In this document: one piece after another, positions 10,008-20,636 of the stretch
Position numbering within the stretch: position 1 is the stretch's first letter
Layout of the letters: each line of letters opens with the position of its first letter
Origin: Deltaproteobacteria bacterium
Lineage (GTDB): Bacteria > Desulfobacterota > GWC2-55-46 > DRQE01
Direction: 5' to 3'
Assembly: GCA_015492245.1 (NCBI GenBank)
Contig: WGFM01000017.1
Span: 38,693-102,692, forward strand
DNA: 64,000 nt
Made by a program: the position numbers and the translations under genes
The notes under the pieces: generated by a model
Told to the model about the DNA's origin: nothing
The model's database searches: none
Seen by the model: only the letters and a program-made list of their open reading frames with translations

Positions 10008-11750
10008 TTGTGTATGCAAAAGATACGCATAGCCATGGCCCAGATAAACCCCACCGTGGGAGCCCTCGGAAGGAACGCAGAGAAGATACTGCGCTTTACA
10101 CAGAGGGCACAGAAGATGGGTTGTGATGTGGTGGTCTTTCCAGAGCTTGCACTAACAGGCTACCCGCCAGAAGACCTTCTCCTGAAACCAGGCTTCATAG
10201 AGGACAACATAGAAGAACTCAAGAGGCTCTCCCGCAGGATAACAGGTATTACCGCCATAGTGGGCTTTGTGGACAGAACCGACGAGATATACAACGCCTG
10301 CGCCATAATACATGGTGGAAGGGTAGAGGGTGTGTATCACAAGATGTTTCTTCCAAACTACGGGGTGTTCGATGAGGAACGCTACTTTCAGGCAGGCTCC
10401 ATCCCGCTGAACATGGTCATAGAGGATGTAACAATCGGCATCGGCATATGCGAGGACATATGGTATCCCGAAGGGCCTGCAAGGGCGCAGGCACTGGCAG
10501 GGGCACATATTGTAGTGAACATAAATGCCTCTCCATACCACTTCGGCAAGGCACGCATGAGAGAGGAGATGCTCGTAGCCCGTGCCCTGGACAACGAGGT
10601 CGTGGTGGTATACAACAACATGGTGGGCGGACAGGATGAACTCATCTTCGATGGACAGGGCATGATAATAAACGAAGAGGGCCAGATTATCGCCCGAACA
10701 AGGGCATTCAAAGAGGAGCTTCTCACAAAAGAGCTCGACCTCGAAGGGGTCACAAGAAAGAGGCTACACGATAGGAGAAGACGAAAAGAAAAACTCGAAG
10801 AAGAAGGACCACCTGTTGAAACCCTTGTGCTGAGGAGGGCAAAGATAAGAAAGAGAAGGCCTGCGCTGGAGAGGACATCTGCCATCACACCTCCTCTTTC
10901 ACCACTCGATGAGGTGCTCGAGGCCCTTCTGCTCGGCACAAAGGATTATGTGGCAAAAAACCGTTTCAAGCACTGTGTCATAGGCCTGAGTGGTGGCATA
11001 GACTCCTCACTCGTTGCCTATGTGGCCACAAAGGCCCTGGGTAGAAAGGCCGTTACAGGGGTGTTCATGCCCTCAAGATACTCATCCACAGAAAGCAGAG
11101 AGGATGCAACCCGGCTTGCAGGAAACCTGGGCATGGAGTTTCTCACCATACCGATAGACCCCATATTTGAACAATACCTTGCCATCCTCAACCCCCATTT
11201 CAAGGGGCTTGGGGCCGATATTGCAGAGGAGAACATACAGGCCCGTATAAGGGGCAACATCCTTATGGCACTGAGCAACAAATTCGGCTGGCTTGTGCTC
11301 ACCACAGGCAACAAGAGCGAGATGTCCGTGGGCTATGCCACCCTCTATGGAGACATGGCAGGTGGCTTTGCCGTGATAAAGGATGTGCCAAAAACCCTTG
11401 TCTACGAGCTATCACGCCACATAAACCACAAGGAGGGCTACCCGGTGATACCCCAGAGGGTGCTCACCAAAAAACCCTCGGCAGAGCTGAGGCCCAACCA
11501 GACAGACCAGGACACACTACCTCCCTACGAGGTGCTCGACCCGATCCTTAAGGCCTATGTTGAGGAAGACAGGTCTCTTGCCGAAATAGTGGACATGGGC
11601 TATCCAAAGAGGCTTGTAAAGAGGGTCATAAACATGGTGGACCGCAGTGAATACAAAAGGCGCCAGGCCCCACCTGGCATAAAGATAACCCCCAGGGCCT
11701 TCGGCAAAGACAGAAGGATGCCCATAACCAACCATTATGAGGCAGGCTGA
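10008..11750 (+). CDS. nadE: glutamine-dependent NAD+ synthetase
   Basis: 580 aa. N-terminal CN-hydrolase (nitrilase) domain plus C-terminal NAD synthetase with the SGGIDSS P-loop. Confidence 0.9.
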   Translation: MCMQKIRIAMAQINPTVGALGRNAEKILRFTQRAQKMGCDVVVFPELALTGYPPEDLLLKPGFIEDNIEELKRLSRRITGITAIVGFVDRTDEIYNACAIIHGGRVEGVYHKMFLPNYGVFDEERYFQAGSIPLNMVIEDVTIGIGICEDIWYPEGPARAQALAGAHIVVNINASPYHFGKARMREEMLVARALDNEVVVVYNNMVGGQDELIFDGQGMIINEEGQIIARTRAFKEELLTKELDLEGVTRKRLHDRRRRKEKLEEEGPPVETLVLRRAKIRKRRPALERTSAITPPLSPLDEVLEALLLGTKDYVAKNRFKHCVIGLSGGIDSSLVAYVATKALGRKAVTGVFMPSRYSSTESREDATRLAGNLGMEFLTIPIDPIFEQYLAILNPHFKGLGADIAEENIQARIRGNILMALSNKFGWLVLTTGNKSEMSVGYATLYGDMAGGFAVIKDVPKTLVYELSRHINHKEGYPVIPQRVLTKKPSAELRPNQTDQDTLPPYEVLDPILKAYVEEDRSLAEIVDMGYPKRLVKRVINMVDRSEYKRRQAPPGIKITPRAFGKDRRMPITNHYEAG

Positions 11751-13047
11751 AAGAACACTCAAAAAGCTCTACCTTGCCGGCACAGGGGCGGTGATGCCTG
11801 AAGATGCCGTAAGAAGACACCTTCGCCTTTCCCGTAACATCCTCTGTGCAGATGGCACCCGCTACAACCTCGAAAGGTTCAGAAACATCCATGTTGTAGG
11901 TGCAGGCAAGGCCGCCCCTGGCATGGCCCGTGCAGTGGAGGACATACTGGGTAGCAGGATAACCGCAGGTGTGGTGGTTACAGAATATGGCCTTCCGTGC
12001 AGGACAGAAAGGATAGAGGTATTTTATGGCAGACACCCTGTGCCCGACAGGGGTGGGCTGAAGGGGGCAAAAAGGGTGCTCTCTCTGGCAGAGGGGGCAA
12101 AAGGGGACGACCTTGTTATATGCCTCATCTCGGGCGGGGCAAGCGCCCTTCTTCCTGCACCTGTGGATGGAATAACATTGAGGGATAAACAGCTTGTAAC
12201 AGAGCTTCTTGTAAGAAGTGGTGCCCACATAGGAGAGATAAATACAGTAAGAAAGCATCTGTCCAGGATAAAAGGCGGTGGGCTTGCGAGGGCATGTTAC
12301 CCTGCAACGGTTCTGACCCTTATAATATCCGATGTGGTGGGTGGGTCTGCTTCCACCATAGGCTCAGGGCCAACAAGCCCGGATGCCACCACAGTGGACG
12401 AGGCCATTGGAATCCTCAAAGGATACTCCCTTACAGAGATGCTGCCAGAAAGGGTACTTGAGGTCCTTCGGGCGAGAACCCATGAGACCCCCAAACCAGG
12501 AGACCCTGTATTCAGGAAGACAAAAAACTTCATCATCGCAGACAACATTACAGCCCTCAAAGAGGTCAAAAGGGCTGCCCGCGCCATGGGCTACAGGGCT
12601 GTCATAATAACCTCTCTCCTTACAGGAGATGTGGGGGATGCAGCGGGCTTCATAGCCTCGGTAATAAAAGAGGCACGTTTGAGTGGAAACCCTTCAAAGC
12701 CACCCTGCTGCATACTCTTCGGTGGAGAGACCACCGTAAGGGTGAGGGGCAGGGGCAGGGGTGGCAGGTGTCAGGAGCTCGCACTACTTCTTGCAGAAAA
12801 GATTACATCTATTGGCGGTGTGGCCGTCCTATGTGCAGGCACCGATGGCATAGACGGCATAACCCCTGCCGCAGGCGCCTTTGTGTATGGCACAACACTT
12901 AAAAGGGCACAGAGGCTGGGGCTTGACCCCAGAAGGTTTCTCCTGAAGAACGACTCCTACAACTTCTTCCGCCCCCTGGGAGACCTCTTCATTACAGGCC
13001 CCACAGGCACCAATGTGGCAGATATGGTGATATGTCTTGTGGAATAG
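11737..13047 (+). CDS. glycerate 2-kinase (MOFRL family)
   Basis: 436 aa. DUF4147/MOFRL architecture (…VVGAGKAAPGMA…, …GGETTV…). Overlaps the nadE end. Confidence 0.75.
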   Translation: MRQAERTLKKLYLAGTGAVMPEDAVRRHLRLSRNILCADGTRYNLERFRNIHVVGAGKAAPGMARAVEDILGSRITAGVVVTEYGLPCRTERIEVFYGRHPVPDRGGLKGAKRVLSLAEGAKGDDLVICLISGGASALLPAPVDGITLRDKQLVTELLVRSGAHIGEINTVRKHLSRIKGGGLARACYPATVLTLIISDVVGGSASTIGSGPTSPDATTVDEAIGILKGYSLTEMLPERVLEVLRARTHETPKPGDPVFRKTKNFIIADNITALKEVKRAARAMGYRAVIITSLLTGDVGDAAGFIASVIKEARLSGNPSKPPCCILFGGETTVRVRGRGRGGRCQELALLLAEKITSIGGVAVLCAGTDGIDGITPAAGAFVYGTTLKRAQRLGLDPRRFLLKNDSYNFFRPLGDLFITGPTGTNVADMVICLVE

Positions 13048-13061
13048 CAGGTGGGGTTCTG

Positions 13062-14498
13062 TCAGCCGAGCCGCTCTTTGAGAAGCCTGTTTACAAGCTG
13101 TGGGTTTGCCTTGCCACGGGTGGCCTTCATCACCTCTCCGACGAAAAAGCCCAGGAGCTTGGTCTTTCCCGCCCTGTAGCGCTCCACATTCTCAGGGTTA
13201 TCGGCAATAATCCTGTCTACAACCTGGAGCAGCTCCGATTCATCTGAGATCTGGCTCAGCCCCTTCTCCTCTATTATGGCCTCTGCATCCTTGCCGGTTG
13301 CAAACATCTCTTCGAGCACCTCTTTTGCTATCTTGCCACTTATCCTGCCGCCTTTCAGGAGCTTGAGAAGGGCGGTGAACCTTTCCGCCCCAACAGGGCT
13401 TTCCTCCATGGAGATGTTGTGCTCCTTAAGGAGTCTCAAAAGCTCGCTCATAATCCAGTTGCTCACTGTCTTTGGCTCGTTGAAAAGCCCAACGCACTCT
13501 TCGTAGAAGTCTGCAAGCCTTTTTGAGGAGGTGAGTATGCCTGCATCATAGGAAGGTAGTCCGTATTCTTCCATGAAGCGTGTCTTCTTCTGTGCCGGCA
13601 GTTCCGGCAGCATCACCCCTATGGCCTCTATCTCTTCATCTTCGAGCACAAGGGGGAGGAGGTCCGGCTCGGGGAAATACCTGTAGTCGTGTGCCTCTTC
13701 CTTCGTCCTCATGGAGCGGGTCCTTCCAGTGGAGGGCTCGAAGAGGCGGGTCTCCTGGACAACCCTCTCACCGCCTTCCATAAGGCCTATCTGCCGGGCT
13801 ATCTCATAGGTGAGGGCATCTTTGAGAAACTTAAAGGAGTTCATGTTCTTGACCTCTGTCTTTGTGCCGAACTCCTTTGTGCCCTTAGGCCTTACCGACA
13901 CATTGGCGTCGCAGCGAAGGCTTCCTTCCTGCATGTTGCCATCGCATATCTCAAGGTAGAGCAGTATGTCTCTAAGTGCCTTAAGGTAGCTTACCGCCTC
14001 TTCGGGGCTCGATATATGGGGCTCGCTCACTATCTCTATAAGGGGCATGCCTGCACGGTTGAAGTCCACAAGGCTTGAGGCCTCGTCATCCCCTTCGCCA
14101 TGGAGGAGTTTTCCCGCATCCTCTTCTATGTGTATCCTGGTTATGCCCACACGCTTTGTCCTTCCGTCGGGTGTCTCTGTATCGATGTGTCCTGCCTCTG
14201 CAAGGGGCTCGTCGTACTGGGAAATCTGGTAGCCCTTTGGAAGATCCGGGTAGAAGTAGTTCTTTCTTGCAAAGACACTTCGGTGGTTTATCCTGCAGTC
14301 TGTGGCAAGTGCCATCCTTATGGCATACTCCACAGCCTTCTCGTTTATAACAGGCAGAACCCCTGGCATGCCAAGGCATACGGGGCAGACCTGTGTGTTC
14401 GGTGGTCTGCCAAAGGTTGTGGAGCACCCACAGAAGAGTTTAGAGCGTGTGAGAAGCTGTGCATGAACCTCAAGCCCTATGACTGCCTCGTATTCCAT
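13062..14498 (-). CDS. gatB: Asp-tRNA(Asn)/Glu-tRNA(Gln) amidotransferase subunit B
   Basis: 478 aa. N-terminus [15 protein letters not shown]… and a GatB/YqeY C-terminal domain. Confidence 0.92.
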   Translation of the reverse strand: MEYEAVIGLEVHAQLLTRSKLFCGCSTTFGRPPNTQVCPVCLGMPGVLPVINEKAVEYAIRMALATDCRINHRSVFARKNYFYPDLPKGYQISQYDEPLAEAGHIDTETPDGRTKRVGITRIHIEEDAGKLLHGEGDDEASSLVDFNRAGMPLIEIVSEPHISSPEEAVSYLKALRDILLYLEICDGNMQEGSLRCDANVSVRPKGTKEFGTKTEVKNMNSFKFLKDALTYEIARQIGLMEGGERVVQETRLFEPSTGRTRSMRTKEEAHDYRYFPEPDLLPLVLEDEEIEAIGVMLPELPAQKKTRFMEEYGLPSYDAGILTSSKRLADFYEECVGLFNEPKTVSNWIMSELLRLLKEHNISMEESPVGAERFTALLKLLKGGRISGKIAKEVLEEMFATGKDAEAIIEEKGLSQISDESELLQVVDRIIADNPENVERYRAGKTKLLGFFVGEVMKATRGKANPQLVNRLLKERLG

Positions 14499-14501
14499 AT
14501 G

Positions 14502-15983
14502 TCAGCCCTCCCCCAGAAGTTTCCCTAAAGGTGGTCTTTTTTTGTGCCATTCGGTAGCCTCTTCGTAGGCGTGTGCAACCTTAAGTATGGATATTTCGTC
14601 GAGGAATCTACCAAGAAACTGCAGCCCCAGGGGGAGGCCCTCTTCTGTAAACCCACAGGGCACAGATATTCCAGGTATGCCTGCGAGGTTACAGGAGATG
14701 GTGAAGATGTCCGAAAGATACATTGTAAGGGGGTCCGAGAGCCTCTCGCCAAGCCTGAAGGCAGGCGTGGGAGAGGTGGGTGTAAGTATCACATCGCACA
14801 TCCTGAAGGCCTCTTCGAAGTCCCTTTTCATAAGGGTTCTCACCTGTGAGGCCTTCCTGTAGTAGGCCTCGTAATAGCCTGCTGAAAGAGAGTATGTGCC
14901 GAGCATTATCCTCCTTTTCACCTCTGCTCCGAACCCCCTGTCTCTGGTGAGTTTATACATGTCCAGTAGCCCCCCGCCTTCATCCACCCTGAGGCCGTAT
15001 TTTACCCCATCGTAGCGTGCAAGGTTGCTCGAGGCCTCAGAGGTTGCCACCAGATAGTACACACTCACTGCATACTCTGTATGGGGTAGACTCACTTCCA
15101 CACACTCTGCCCCAAGCCCTTCGAGAACACGGATTGACTCTCCTACCGCCTTTTCGACCTCTGGATGAAGCCCTTCTATGAAGTATTCTTCTGGTATACC
15201 TATCTTCATGCCCTTTATGTTACCATCGAGGTGGCTCTCATACTCATGTACAGGTGCATGGAGGGATGTGGAATCTTTCGGGTCCCTACCTGCGATAAGA
15301 GTGAGCGTTATGGCGCAGTCCCTTACACACCTTGCTATGGGGCCTGCCTGGTCAAGGCTTGATGCAAAGGCTATCATACCGTATCTCGAGACAAGTCCGT
15401 AGGTGGGCTTAAGCCCCACCACCCCACAGAGGGCTGCAGGCTGTCTTATCGAGCCCCCTGTATCGGTTCCGATGGAGAGGACACACTCTGCTGAGGAAAC
15501 TGCTGCCGCACTGCCGCCACTCGAGCCCCCTGGCACACGCCCCGGGTCCCAGGGATTGAGGGTTGGAAAGAAGGCCGAATTCTCTGTGGATGAGCCCATG
15601 GCGAACTCGTCCATGTTGAGCTTGCCGATGATTACTGCTCCCGCACCCTTAAGCCTTTCAACCACCGTGGCATCGAATGGCGGTATGTAGCCCTCCAGTA
15701 TCCTGGAGCCACAGGTGGTCTTTATCCCCTTTGTTGAGAATATATCCTTCAGCGCTACAGGCATACCCGTAAGGGGGGTTATCCCCTCTTTTTCCCTGAG
15801 CCTTCTGTCTGCCTCGTCTGCCTGTCTGAGTGCCTCTTCCCTGCATACGGTGATATAGGCACGGAGCCTGCCATCTATTGCATCTATCCTTTCAAGGTAT
15901 GCCTCGGTAAGGGCGCGTGAAGTTATCTCGCCACCTTTGAGTTTCTCCGCAAGTTCCCAGCCGTTGAGCTCTACTACATCCAC
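14502..15983 (-). CDS. gatA: Asp-tRNA(Asn)/Glu-tRNA(Gln) amidotransferase subunit A
   Basis: 493 aa. Amidase signature ([11 protein letters not shown]…). Immediately upstream of gatB. No gatC in the window. Confidence 0.92.
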   Translation of the reverse strand: MDVVELNGWELAEKLKGGEITSRALTEAYLERIDAIDGRLRAYITVCREEALRQADEADRRLREKEGITPLTGMPVALKDIFSTKGIKTTCGSRILEGYIPPFDATVVERLKGAGAVIIGKLNMDEFAMGSSTENSAFFPTLNPWDPGRVPGGSSGGSAAAVSSAECVLSIGTDTGGSIRQPAALCGVVGLKPTYGLVSRYGMIAFASSLDQAGPIARCVRDCAITLTLIAGRDPKDSTSLHAPVHEYESHLDGNIKGMKIGIPEEYFIEGLHPEVEKAVGESIRVLEGLGAECVEVSLPHTEYAVSVYYLVATSEASSNLARYDGVKYGLRVDEGGGLLDMYKLTRDRGFGAEVKRRIMLGTYSLSAGYYEAYYRKASQVRTLMKRDFEEAFRMCDVILTPTSPTPAFRLGERLSDPLTMYLSDIFTISCNLAGIPGISVPCGFTEEGLPLGLQFLGRFLDEISILKVAHAYEEATEWHKKRPPLGKLLGEG

Positions 15984-16019
15984 CTTTCATCAACCTCCGC
16001 CTGTTTTTAAAACCATAAT

Positions 16020-16048
16020 ATTATAGTCATCCTGAGCCACATTTACAA
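16020..16048 (-). promoter_or_regulatory. sigma70-like promoter for gatAB (-35 TTGTAA, 17 nt spacer, -10 TATAAT)
   Basis: On the minus strand: TTGTAA at 16048..16043, a 17-nt spacer, TATAAT at 16025..16020, about 35 nt upstream of the gatA start at 15983. Confidence 0.5.
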
Positions 16049-16080
16049 CCATCTTCTTAAGGACAGGGCCATCTGTTCCC

Positions 16081-18087
16081 TTATGAGGGGACCTTCTCTA
16101 CATCGACAGGTGTGTATTTGAGTTCGGGCTGGCCAGACAGCGGGTCCACCCTTGTGGCAACAAGGGTGTTGATAGGGGTGCAAAACTCCTCTGGATAGCC
16201 AAATGGTGTAAAAAGATGCCCTCTTTTTATCCTGCCAATGATTACCACCCTCTCTGTACTGCTCAGCCTGGATGTTAGGCGCACCGTGTCCCATTCCGAG
16301 ACTCCAAGCTTCAGGGCATCCTGGTAGTTCATCACCACATAGGGAGGTGGTTCACCCTTAACAAGGGATTCCACCTTGCCTGTCTTTGTCATAGTATGCC
16401 AGTGCCTTTTCAGTCTACCTGTGATGAGCACAAAACCCTTCTGACCGTCTCTAACAGAGAAGGTGGCTGGTATAAACACCGCCTTTCCTGACGAACTGCT
16501 GGAGACAGCTTCTTTGCAACTTTCACCTGTCAGTCTGGAAGGCAACATGCTGTAGTCAAGGCCTGAAAGGTCGCAGTGTGTGTCCCTCGTTGTCTCCTTC
16601 AACTCCAGGAATATCTCCTGCGGACTGCTGAATCCAAAAGGTTCTCGCCAGCCCATCTTCTGTGCCATCTCCACGAATACCCTCCAGTCAGGCTTCGCCT
16701 CTGCATGGGGTTCTGAGAATCTTTCGCAGTATGTAATGGTCCTGTCTCCTGAAATCATGGTTCCACTCTTTTCACCAAGCTGGGCTGCTGGAAGGAGCAT
16801 ATTCGCATATCTGGCTGTATCGTTGAAGTAGGGATCCTGCACAACGAGGAAAACCCTTTCGAGGGCACTCTGCACAAGACCAAGCCCTGGCAGTGAAACT
16901 GCAGGATTTGTTCCCACCACCCAGAGAAACCTTATATCTCTGCTGACCATCCTGTCTACAGCCTCTGTTATAGTGAGACCAGGAACACCTTTTATACCGC
17001 CAACGCTCCAGAACCTCTCCATAAAGGACCTGTCTGCCTTGTCGCTCACCCTCCTGTAGCCCGGCAACCCCTCTGTCAAATATCCCATAAGCCTGCCACC
17101 CATGGCGTTACACTGACCTGTCAGTGGAAAGGGGAACCCCCTTTTGCTGTCGAGCCTGGCTGTTGCAAGGTGGAGATTGAGGATTGAAAAATTCTTCATC
17201 GTCCCACTGGCAGATTGATTTATGCCCTGACACCAGAAGGTTATAAGCTTTCTGCTCTCTGCAAACACATTGGCGAGAAACTCTATGTCCTGACCGTCGA
17301 TCCTGCATATCCTGCCTGCCACATCCACAGGATAGGCCTGTGCACATCGGAGGGCATCTTCAAATCCTTCGGTGCCCGTCCCTATGAAACCTTTATCGAT
17401 ACGACCAGTCCTGTAAAGAAGCCCCAGCACGGCGTTGAACAGGACCGTATCCGTGCCTGCTCTCAAGGGTATGTGGACATCATTTGCTGAAGCTGTCTCT
17501 GTATAAACGGGGTCTATGGTTATTATCCTGGTGTGCCCCTCTATACGCCTCTTCAATACCCTCCTGAAGAGCACGGGGTGCGATATTGCGGCATTCGAGC
17601 CTACGAACAGGAATGTATCTGCATCGTCTATGTCTGCATAGGAGCCAAAGGTGCGGTCAGAACCGAACACACGCCTGAAGGCACTGATGCTTGAAGCCAT
17701 GCATAGCCTTGTGTTTGCATCAATGTTGTTGGTTCTCAGAAAGCCTTTGACAAACTTGTTTATAACATATATCTCCTCTGTCAGAAGCTGTCCAGAAATG
17801 TAGAAGTACACCTGTTCAGGGGACGAACTCATGAGCACATCCTTCAGGATACTATACGCCTCCTGCCAGCTTATCTTCCTGAACGGCTTGTCCACCCCTT
17901 CCCTGAACATGGGAGTGGTTATTCTCCCCTTTCCCAGTATCTCGGCTATATGGAGAGGTTTTATGCAGAGCTCACCCCTTGATGTGGGATGCTCCCTATC
18001 AGCCCGAACAGAGAGCATACCCTCTGTGGAGACTTCCACACGCATTCCACATCCAACACCACAATATGGACATTGCAACCTCATCAA
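16081..18087 (-). CDS. molybdopterin (bis-MGD) oxidoreductase, assimilatory nitrate reductase (NasA/NarB)-like
   Basis: 668 aa. N-terminal CPYCGVGCG [4Fe-4S] motif characteristic of NarB/NasA-type enzymes, then MGD-binding domains. No in-frame TGA, so no Sec codon here. Confidence 0.65.
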   Translation of the reverse strand: MMRLQCPYCGVGCGMRVEVSTEGMLSVRADREHPTSRGELCIKPLHIAEILGKGRITTPMFREGVDKPFRKISWQEAYSILKDVLMSSSPEQVYFYISGQLLTEEIYVINKFVKGFLRTNNIDANTRLCMASSISAFRRVFGSDRTFGSYADIDDADTFLFVGSNAAISHPVLFRRVLKRRIEGHTRIITIDPVYTETASANDVHIPLRAGTDTVLFNAVLGLLYRTGRIDKGFIGTGTEGFEDALRCAQAYPVDVAGRICRIDGQDIEFLANVFAESRKLITFWCQGINQSASGTMKNFSILNLHLATARLDSKRGFPFPLTGQCNAMGGRLMGYLTEGLPGYRRVSDKADRSFMERFWSVGGIKGVPGLTITEAVDRMVSRDIRFLWVVGTNPAVSLPGLGLVQSALERVFLVVQDPYFNDTARYANMLLPAAQLGEKSGTMISGDRTITYCERFSEPHAEAKPDWRVFVEMAQKMGWREPFGFSSPQEIFLELKETTRDTHCDLSGLDYSMLPSRLTGESCKEAVSSSSSGKAVFIPATFSVRDGQKGFVLITGRLKRHWHTMTKTGKVESLVKGEPPPYVVMNYQDALKLGVSEWDTVRLTSRLSSTERVVIIGRIKRGHLFTPFGYPEEFCTPINTLVATRVDPLSGQPELKYTPVDVEKVPS

Positions 18088-18290
18088 CGCCTCCTGACCT
18101 TCACCATTGAGAATTTTATTATGGAGTCTGCATCGACCACGGATAGAAGAACCTCTGGAGGGTGGCTCTGCACAGAAGGTTCTACCTGTTCATTCATAAT
18201 GCAAGGAGTTTGCCACAGGTATAAAAATCTGGGATCCTTCTTTATTAATCCTATCCCTGGGCTGTGCTGTATCGTAAACGGCCATCTGTT

Positions 18291-18307
18291 TGCACAAATA
18301 TTGTGCA
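18291..18307. promoter_or_regulatory. perfect palindrome TGCACA-N5-TGTGCA in the divergent intergenic region
   Basis: TGCACAAATATTGTGCA lies between the start of the Mo-oxidoreductase (minus) and ctaB (plus). Candidate dimeric regulator operator. Confidence 0.35.
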
Positions 18308-18421
18308 GACAGTCGATGGGCCTGCTGCTCTGTGTAGCATGGCCAGCCTGGAAGCCCGGCACCGCCATGGTGTTCCACACATAAAAGCTATTGACTTTTT
18401 ATTCGATTCATAATAAATTTT

Positions 18422-19303
18422 ATGGTAGTTATGGAGCTTCGTGGGTACATATCTCTCTTCAAGCTTCGCATATGCGGGCTTATAACCTTCAGTGCCATCG
18501 TTGGTTACATAGCGGCACTGCCGTCAACCACTCTCTCCTTCTACAAGATACTGCTCCTTACGGTTGCCACCATGCTTGCGGCCATGTCTGCAAGTGCATT
18601 CAACCACTATTTTGAGCGTGATATAGACGCGGTGATGAATCGCACCAGAACAAGGCCCATGGTGGTAGAGAAGTCCCTCCATCCTGCGATTGTCATATCC
18701 ATAGCCCTCGGGCTTCTTCTGGTGGCACTGCTTCTGTCGGTAAAGGCACTGAACTACATGGTTGCCCTTCATCTTGGGCTTGGTGCGTTCGTATACGCAG
18801 TGATATACACTGTGTGGCTTAAGAGGAGGAGCTGGCTCAACATAATAATAGGTGGGCTTGCAGGCAGTTTCGCGGTGCTTGCAGGGGGGGCATCGGCCTC
18901 CCCCGGGCTCTGTATGCAGCCCGTGCTTCTTGCCGTAGTCATGTTCTTCTGGACACCATCGCATTTCTGGAGTTTCGCCATACTCCATGCAGAGGACTAC
19001 AGAAGGGCAGGCATACCCATGTTGCCGGTGGTCATAGGCTACCAGAAGACCGCCCTCTACATAATGCTCAACTCCATACTGCTTGTGGTCTCTTCCCTGC
19101 TTCCCTTCATACTCGGATACAGCGGGTTGATATACCTTGCAGGAGCCATCGCGGGTGGTGCCTATGTTCTGTGGTGGAACGGAAGGCTCTTGAAGGATAT
19201 GTCGCAGGAAGTGCTGAGGAAGAACTTCCTTGCATCCATGATATACCTTGCCACACTGTTTGGCGCACTTATCGTCGATACGGTTGTTCGCTACAGCCAA
19301 TAA
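18422..19303 (+). CDS. ctaB: protoheme IX farnesyltransferase (heme O synthase)
   Basis: 293 aa polytopic membrane protein, UbiA superfamily, with typical CtaB/CyoE motifs. Confidence 0.85.
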   Translation: MVVMELRGYISLFKLRICGLITFSAIVGYIAALPSTTLSFYKILLLTVATMLAAMSASAFNHYFERDIDAVMNRTRTRPMVVEKSLHPAIVISIALGLLLVALLLSVKALNYMVALHLGLGAFVYAVIYTVWLKRRSWLNIIIGGLAGSFAVLAGGASASPGLCMQPVLLAVVMFFWTPSHFWSFAILHAEDYRRAGIPMLPVVIGYQKTALYIMLNSILLVVSSLLPFILGYSGLIYLAGAIAGGAYVLWWNGRLLKDMSQEVLRKNFLASMIYLATLFGALIVDTVVRYSQ

Positions 19304-19308
19304 AAGCC

Positions 19309-19338
19309 TTGACAAAAGGGGGTTGTTGGTTGTATTTT
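19309..19338 (+). promoter_or_regulatory. sigma70-like promoter upstream of the cytochrome c gene
   Basis: TTGACA at 19309-19314, an 18-nt spacer, TATTTT at 19333-19338. An AGGAGG RBS precedes the ATG at 19377. Confidence 0.4.
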
Positions 19339-19376
19339 ATGAAAAGGAAAATTCTTGAGAAAGGAGGAAAGAAGGT

Positions 19377-19694
19377 ATGAAGAGATTTATCTGGCTCGCT
19401 GTGTTTGCACTTGTTGTGGGATTCAGTGGAGGTGCATTTGCAGGTGATCCCGCAAGCATATATGCAGCAAAGTGTGCAATGTGCCACGGTAAAGGCGGCG
19501 AGGGTTCAACGATGGCACCGCCTCTGAAAGGTACCGACTTCATGAAAGGTGATGCACAGGCCATAAAGGATGTCATCCTCAATGGCCGTTCCGGAAGTGC
19601 AAAGAAATTCTCGAAATACCCCATAGCCATGCCAAAGTTCAAGTTCTCGGATGCTGACCTTGATGCTCTGGTAAAGTATATGAAAGGCTTCTGA
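19377..19694 (+). CDS. class I mono-heme c-type cytochrome (signal peptide + CAMCH)
   Basis: 105 aa. N-terminal signal peptide, a single CxxCH (CAMCH), and a distal Met ligand (AMPKF). Confidence 0.8.
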   Translation: MKRFIWLAVFALVVGFSGGAFAGDPASIYAAKCAMCHGKGGEGSTMAPPLKGTDFMKGDAQAIKDVILNGRSGSAKKFSKYPIAMPKFKFSDADLDALVKYMKGF

Positions 19695-19723
19695 TATTTA
19701 AGTCCAGCAAAGGAAATACCTTG

Positions 19724-19757
19724 CCCGAACCCCTTTGGGGGTTCGGGTTTTTTATTT
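19724..19757. terminator. rho-independent terminator (bidirectional) between the cytochrome c gene and bioC
   Basis: CCCGAACCCC-TTTG-GGGGTTCGGG, a perfect 10-bp stem, followed by TTTTTTATTTT. Confidence 0.8.
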
Positions 19758-20636
19758 TCTTGCAACCACATAGAGAAGGTCATAACTTACCCTTATACCC
19801 TCGTCTGAAGAAAACTCCCTGCGATAGACCTGCTCTACCTCTTTGAGCAGCATACCCCTTGAAAGACTCCTTGAGCCATCTCTGGAGGGGTTGGTTGCCC
19901 CTGTATGCTTGAGGGTCCTCAAAAACTGCCAGAGGCTGGCATAAGAGCGTACCTTGGGCATCCTTTCCATGTCAATATCTCTGAAGCCAGCCCTTCTGAG
20001 CAGGCCCTCTATCTGTTCAGCCCCTCTGAACTCCATAAGAGGCGGCAGACTGGCCCTTCCTGTAACAGAGACCACCTTCTCCACAGAGCTTCTAAGCTCC
20101 CTGAAGGTGGCTCCACCCAGGGTCGAGAAGACGAAATACCCCCCTTTCCTTAAGACCCTTGCCACTTCGCTGAATGCACAGAGTTGGTCTGGCATCCACT
20201 GGTATGTGAGGTTCGACACAACAAGATCGGATGCACCGGCACGAAGAGGAAGCCTCTCACAATCTGCACCAAAAACGATTATCCTCCCCTTGAATTTTTC
20301 CCTTACCTGCTCCACCATGGGCAGGGCGATGTCGAAACAGAGTATTTCTGCCTGTGGGAAGCTTTCGAGCAAGAACCCTGTAACGAGCCCTGTGCCACAA
20401 CCTGCATCCACTATCCTTCGAAACCCTGCCCCACAAGGAACATACCCCATGAGCTCACAGGCTGCCTCTCTCTGGAGTGTTGCATAGCCATCGTATGTTC
20501 CCGCAGAAATGGAGAATGCCCTCTTTACATGTTCCTTGCAAAGCGCCTTCACAGTGCCTCCATGAACCTCCTTGTAAGGGTTACAAACCTTTCTGGCTCT
20601 GTAACAAATGGTGCGTGCCCGCAGCCACAGAACCAC
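19752..20636 (-). CDS. bioC: malonyl-[ACP] O-methyltransferase BioC-like SAM-dependent methyltransferase
   Basis: SAM-binding motif VDAGCGTG. Sits in the bioB-bioF-bioH-bioC cluster. True start is probably downstream of the ORF's first Met, since 87 nt overlap with bioH. Confidence 0.65.
   Translation of the reverse strand: MVLWLRARTICYRARKVCNPYKEVHGGTVKALCKEHVKRAFSISAGTYDGYATLQREAACELMGYVPCGAGFRRIVDAGCGTGLVTGFLLESFPQAEILCFDIALPMVEQVREKFKGRIIVFGADCERLPLRAGASDLVVSNLTYQWMPDQLCAFSEVARVLRKGGYFVFSTLGGATFRELRSSVEKVVSVTGRASLPPLMEFRGAEQIEGLLRRAGFRDIDMERMPKVRSYASLWQFLRTLKHTGATNPSRDGSRSLSRGMLLKEVEQVYRREFSSDEGIRVSYDLLYVVARK

Noticed and set aside
16081-18087. Selenocysteine-containing formate dehydrogenase, considered because tRNA-Sec is in the window
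   Set aside because: The ORF is continuous with no in-frame TGA, and its N-terminus (CPYCGVGCG) fits assimilatory nitrate-reductase-type enzymes better. No gene pair in the window looks like a TGA-split ORF.
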